Of a stretch of 26,711 bases of DNA, positions 25,400-26,711 are shown one piece after another. This DNA is from Myxococcota bacterium (GTDB lineage Bacteria > Myxococcota_A > UBA796 > CAJQPC01): contig DASCPX010000061.1 of the NCBI GenBank assembly GCA_036012755.1, positions 1 through 26,711 on the forward strand, read 5' to 3'. The notes under the pieces were generated by a model. That model searched no databases. It had not been told where the DNA came from and worked only from the letters and a program-made list of their open reading frames with translations. Position 1 is the stretch's first letter. Each line of letters opens with the position of its first letter. The translations under genes were made by a program, and so were the position numbers.

Positions 25400-26392
25400 A
25401 TGTTCCTCGTCCTCGCTCTTGGCTGCAGCGAGCCCGCCGCCGTCCTCGACACGGCCACCCCGTCCGACACGGAGGACACGGGCGCGCCGGACAGCGCGTG
25501 CGCCGACGGCGACGCCGACGGCATCTGCGACTTCGACGACGACTGCCCGGACGTGCCGAACGACCTGGACAGCGATGGGGACGGGGTACCGGACTGCGAG
25601 GACGCGTGTCCGGGGAGCGACGACGGCCTCGACACCGACTCGGACGGCGTCGCCGACTGCCTCGATCCATGCCCAGCGGACCCCCTCGACGACTCGGATG
25701 GGGACGGCGTGTGCGACAGCGACGACGAGTGCCCAGGTATCGACGACGCCCTCGGCTGCGACAAGTGCAAGGGAAGCGACGGCTACGCGCTGGAGGACAC
25801 CGATGGGGACGGGCTTCCCGACGACTGCGTGCTCTCGGTCTTGCTGGCCACGAGCGAGGTCTACACCTCGTCCCGTGTCGAGGACATGCTCCTGGAGCGC
25901 GGCTGGGACGTGGACGCCCTCGCCGCAGAGGACATCGACGGGTCGATCGACTTCTCGCAGTACGACGTGGTGGCGATCACCTTCGACGCGGCGCTCAGCG
26001 ACATCTCGGCGGTGGTCGAGGCCAACGACGCAAAGGAGACGGGGCTGTTGATCCATCGAGGGAACAACGAACAGCTCGAGTCCACCGACATGGGCATCGG
26101 CAGCACCTACCAGGAAGGGGACTGCAGCCTGACGGCCGAGCACTTCATCACCGAGCCCCTCGGCCTCGGCCCGGTCGACCTCGGCTACACCTACAAGAGC
26201 TACCTGACCAACGTCGCGGACGGGGTCCTCGAGCTCGGCAGCTGCCAGAGCGGGGTTGCGCTCGCCGTGCACCCGACCCATCGGCGCGTGTTCACCCCCT
26301 GGTACGGCCACGACGACGGCATGCCCTGGTCGGCCGAGGGCGAGCTCATCGACCTCCGCAGCTACGCCTGGGCCGCGGGTTTCGGCTCCTGA
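25400..26392 (+). CDS. Lipoprotein with thrombospondin type-3-like repeats and an unknown C-terminal domain
   Basis: MFLVLALGC lipobox (in-frame TGA at 25391 fixes the start); repeats DGDADGICDFDDDCP, DSDGDGVPDCEDACP, DTDSDGVADCLDPCP, DSDGDGVCDSDDECP. Confidence 0.85.
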   Translation: MFLVLALGCSEPAAVLDTATPSDTEDTGAPDSACADGDADGICDFDDDCPDVPNDLDSDGDGVPDCEDACPGSDDGLDTDSDGVADCLDPCPADPLDDSDGDGVCDSDDECPGIDDALGCDKCKGSDGYALEDTDGDGLPDDCVLSVLLATSEVYTSSRVEDMLLERGWDVDALAAEDIDGSIDFSQYDVVAITFDAALSDISAVVEANDAKETGLLIHRGNNEQLESTDMGIGSTYQEGDCSLTAEHFITEPLGLGPVDLGYTYKSYLTNVADGVLELGSCQSGVALAVHPTHRRVFTPWYGHDDGMPWSAEGELIDLRSYAWAAGFGS

Positions 26393-26414
26393 GCCAGCAC
26401 GTTAGACCTGCGGT

Positions 26415-26515
26415 GGCGGGTGTCGCCGTCCTGGTGGTGGCCCCGGTCTTCAAAGCCGGTCGGGGCGTGTCGAGAGGCACCGTCCGGTGGGTTCGATTCC
26501 CATCACCCGCCGCCA
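26415..26515 (+). tRNA. selC: tRNA-Sec (anticodon UCA)
   Basis: 8-bp acceptor GGCGGGTG/CACCCGCC; 6-bp D-stem GCCGTC/GGTGGC; anticodon arm CCGGT-CTTCAAA-GCCGG (TCA at 26450-26452); long variable arm; 5-bp T-arm GTGGG-TTCGATT-CCCAT; discriminator G plus encoded CCA. Confidence 0.95.
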
Positions 26516-26590
26516 CTCTGTGGAGAAACGCAGTCGTTCCCGTGGGTTGCGGCCTGGGCAGCCGAGCGCGTTCCGCAGGCGCTCCGCAGT

Positions 26591-26711
26591 TCAGCGATCG
26601 ACGGCTTCGTAGACGGCGATAGCGGCACGCACGTAGGCGCGCTGGCGGTCGGTGGAGAGCGTCGGGAAGCGGCGGAGCATCGTGACGAGGGCCTTGGCCT
26701 CGGTGGGAGCA
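26591..26711 (-). CDS. 3' end of a CDS entering from the right edge; product unknown
   Basis: Open frame ...APTEAKALVTMLRRFPTLSTDRQRAYVRAAIAVYEAVDR* with GC3-rich codons; stop at 26591-26593. Confidence 0.55.
   Translation of the reverse strand, partial: APTEAKALVTMLRRFPTLSTDRQRAYVRAAIAVYEAVDR

Noticed and set aside
25309..25770. N-terminal extension of the PilZ-like ORF to 25770, and similar extensions of thrS (6067), the CNB gene (6476), the HEAT gene (2324) and the hydrolase (9981)
   Set aside because: The extensions overlap neighbouring real genes. Downstream starts have an RBS, overlap coupling or a domain boundary in support.

Overview
High-GC chromosomal window, probably from a Myxococcota-like bacterium (MYXO-CTERM-like tag, TSP3/FG-GAP lipoproteins, DWG-type Ser/Thr kinase, FHA-GGDEF and myxobacterial PilZ-like proteins). 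It holds about 23 intact or edge-truncated CDSs, two gene remnants and a tRNA-Sec (selC). Housekeeping genes are thrS and fbp. Signalling genes are a Ser/Thr kinase, an ECF sigma, a tandem cNMP-binding protein, an OmpR-type two-component pair, a diguanylate cyclase and a PilZ-like protein. There are also several exported or surface proteins. I saw no transposase, integrase or CRISPR array. The most notable signals are: (1) a ~1037-aa OmpA-family ORF with an internal MYXO-CTERM-like tag followed directly by a second signal peptide, suggesting a TraA/TraB-like adhesin-plus-barrel polyprotein; (2) repeated 7-11 aa signal peptides with no basic n-region; (3) several candidate leaderless transcripts; (4) a kinase / tandem-cNMP / anti-sigma-less ECF cluster; (5) a decayed four-helix-bundle gene missed by the ORF track, next to two 17-bp palindromes. 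All product calls come from motif recognition by eye; no searches were run.
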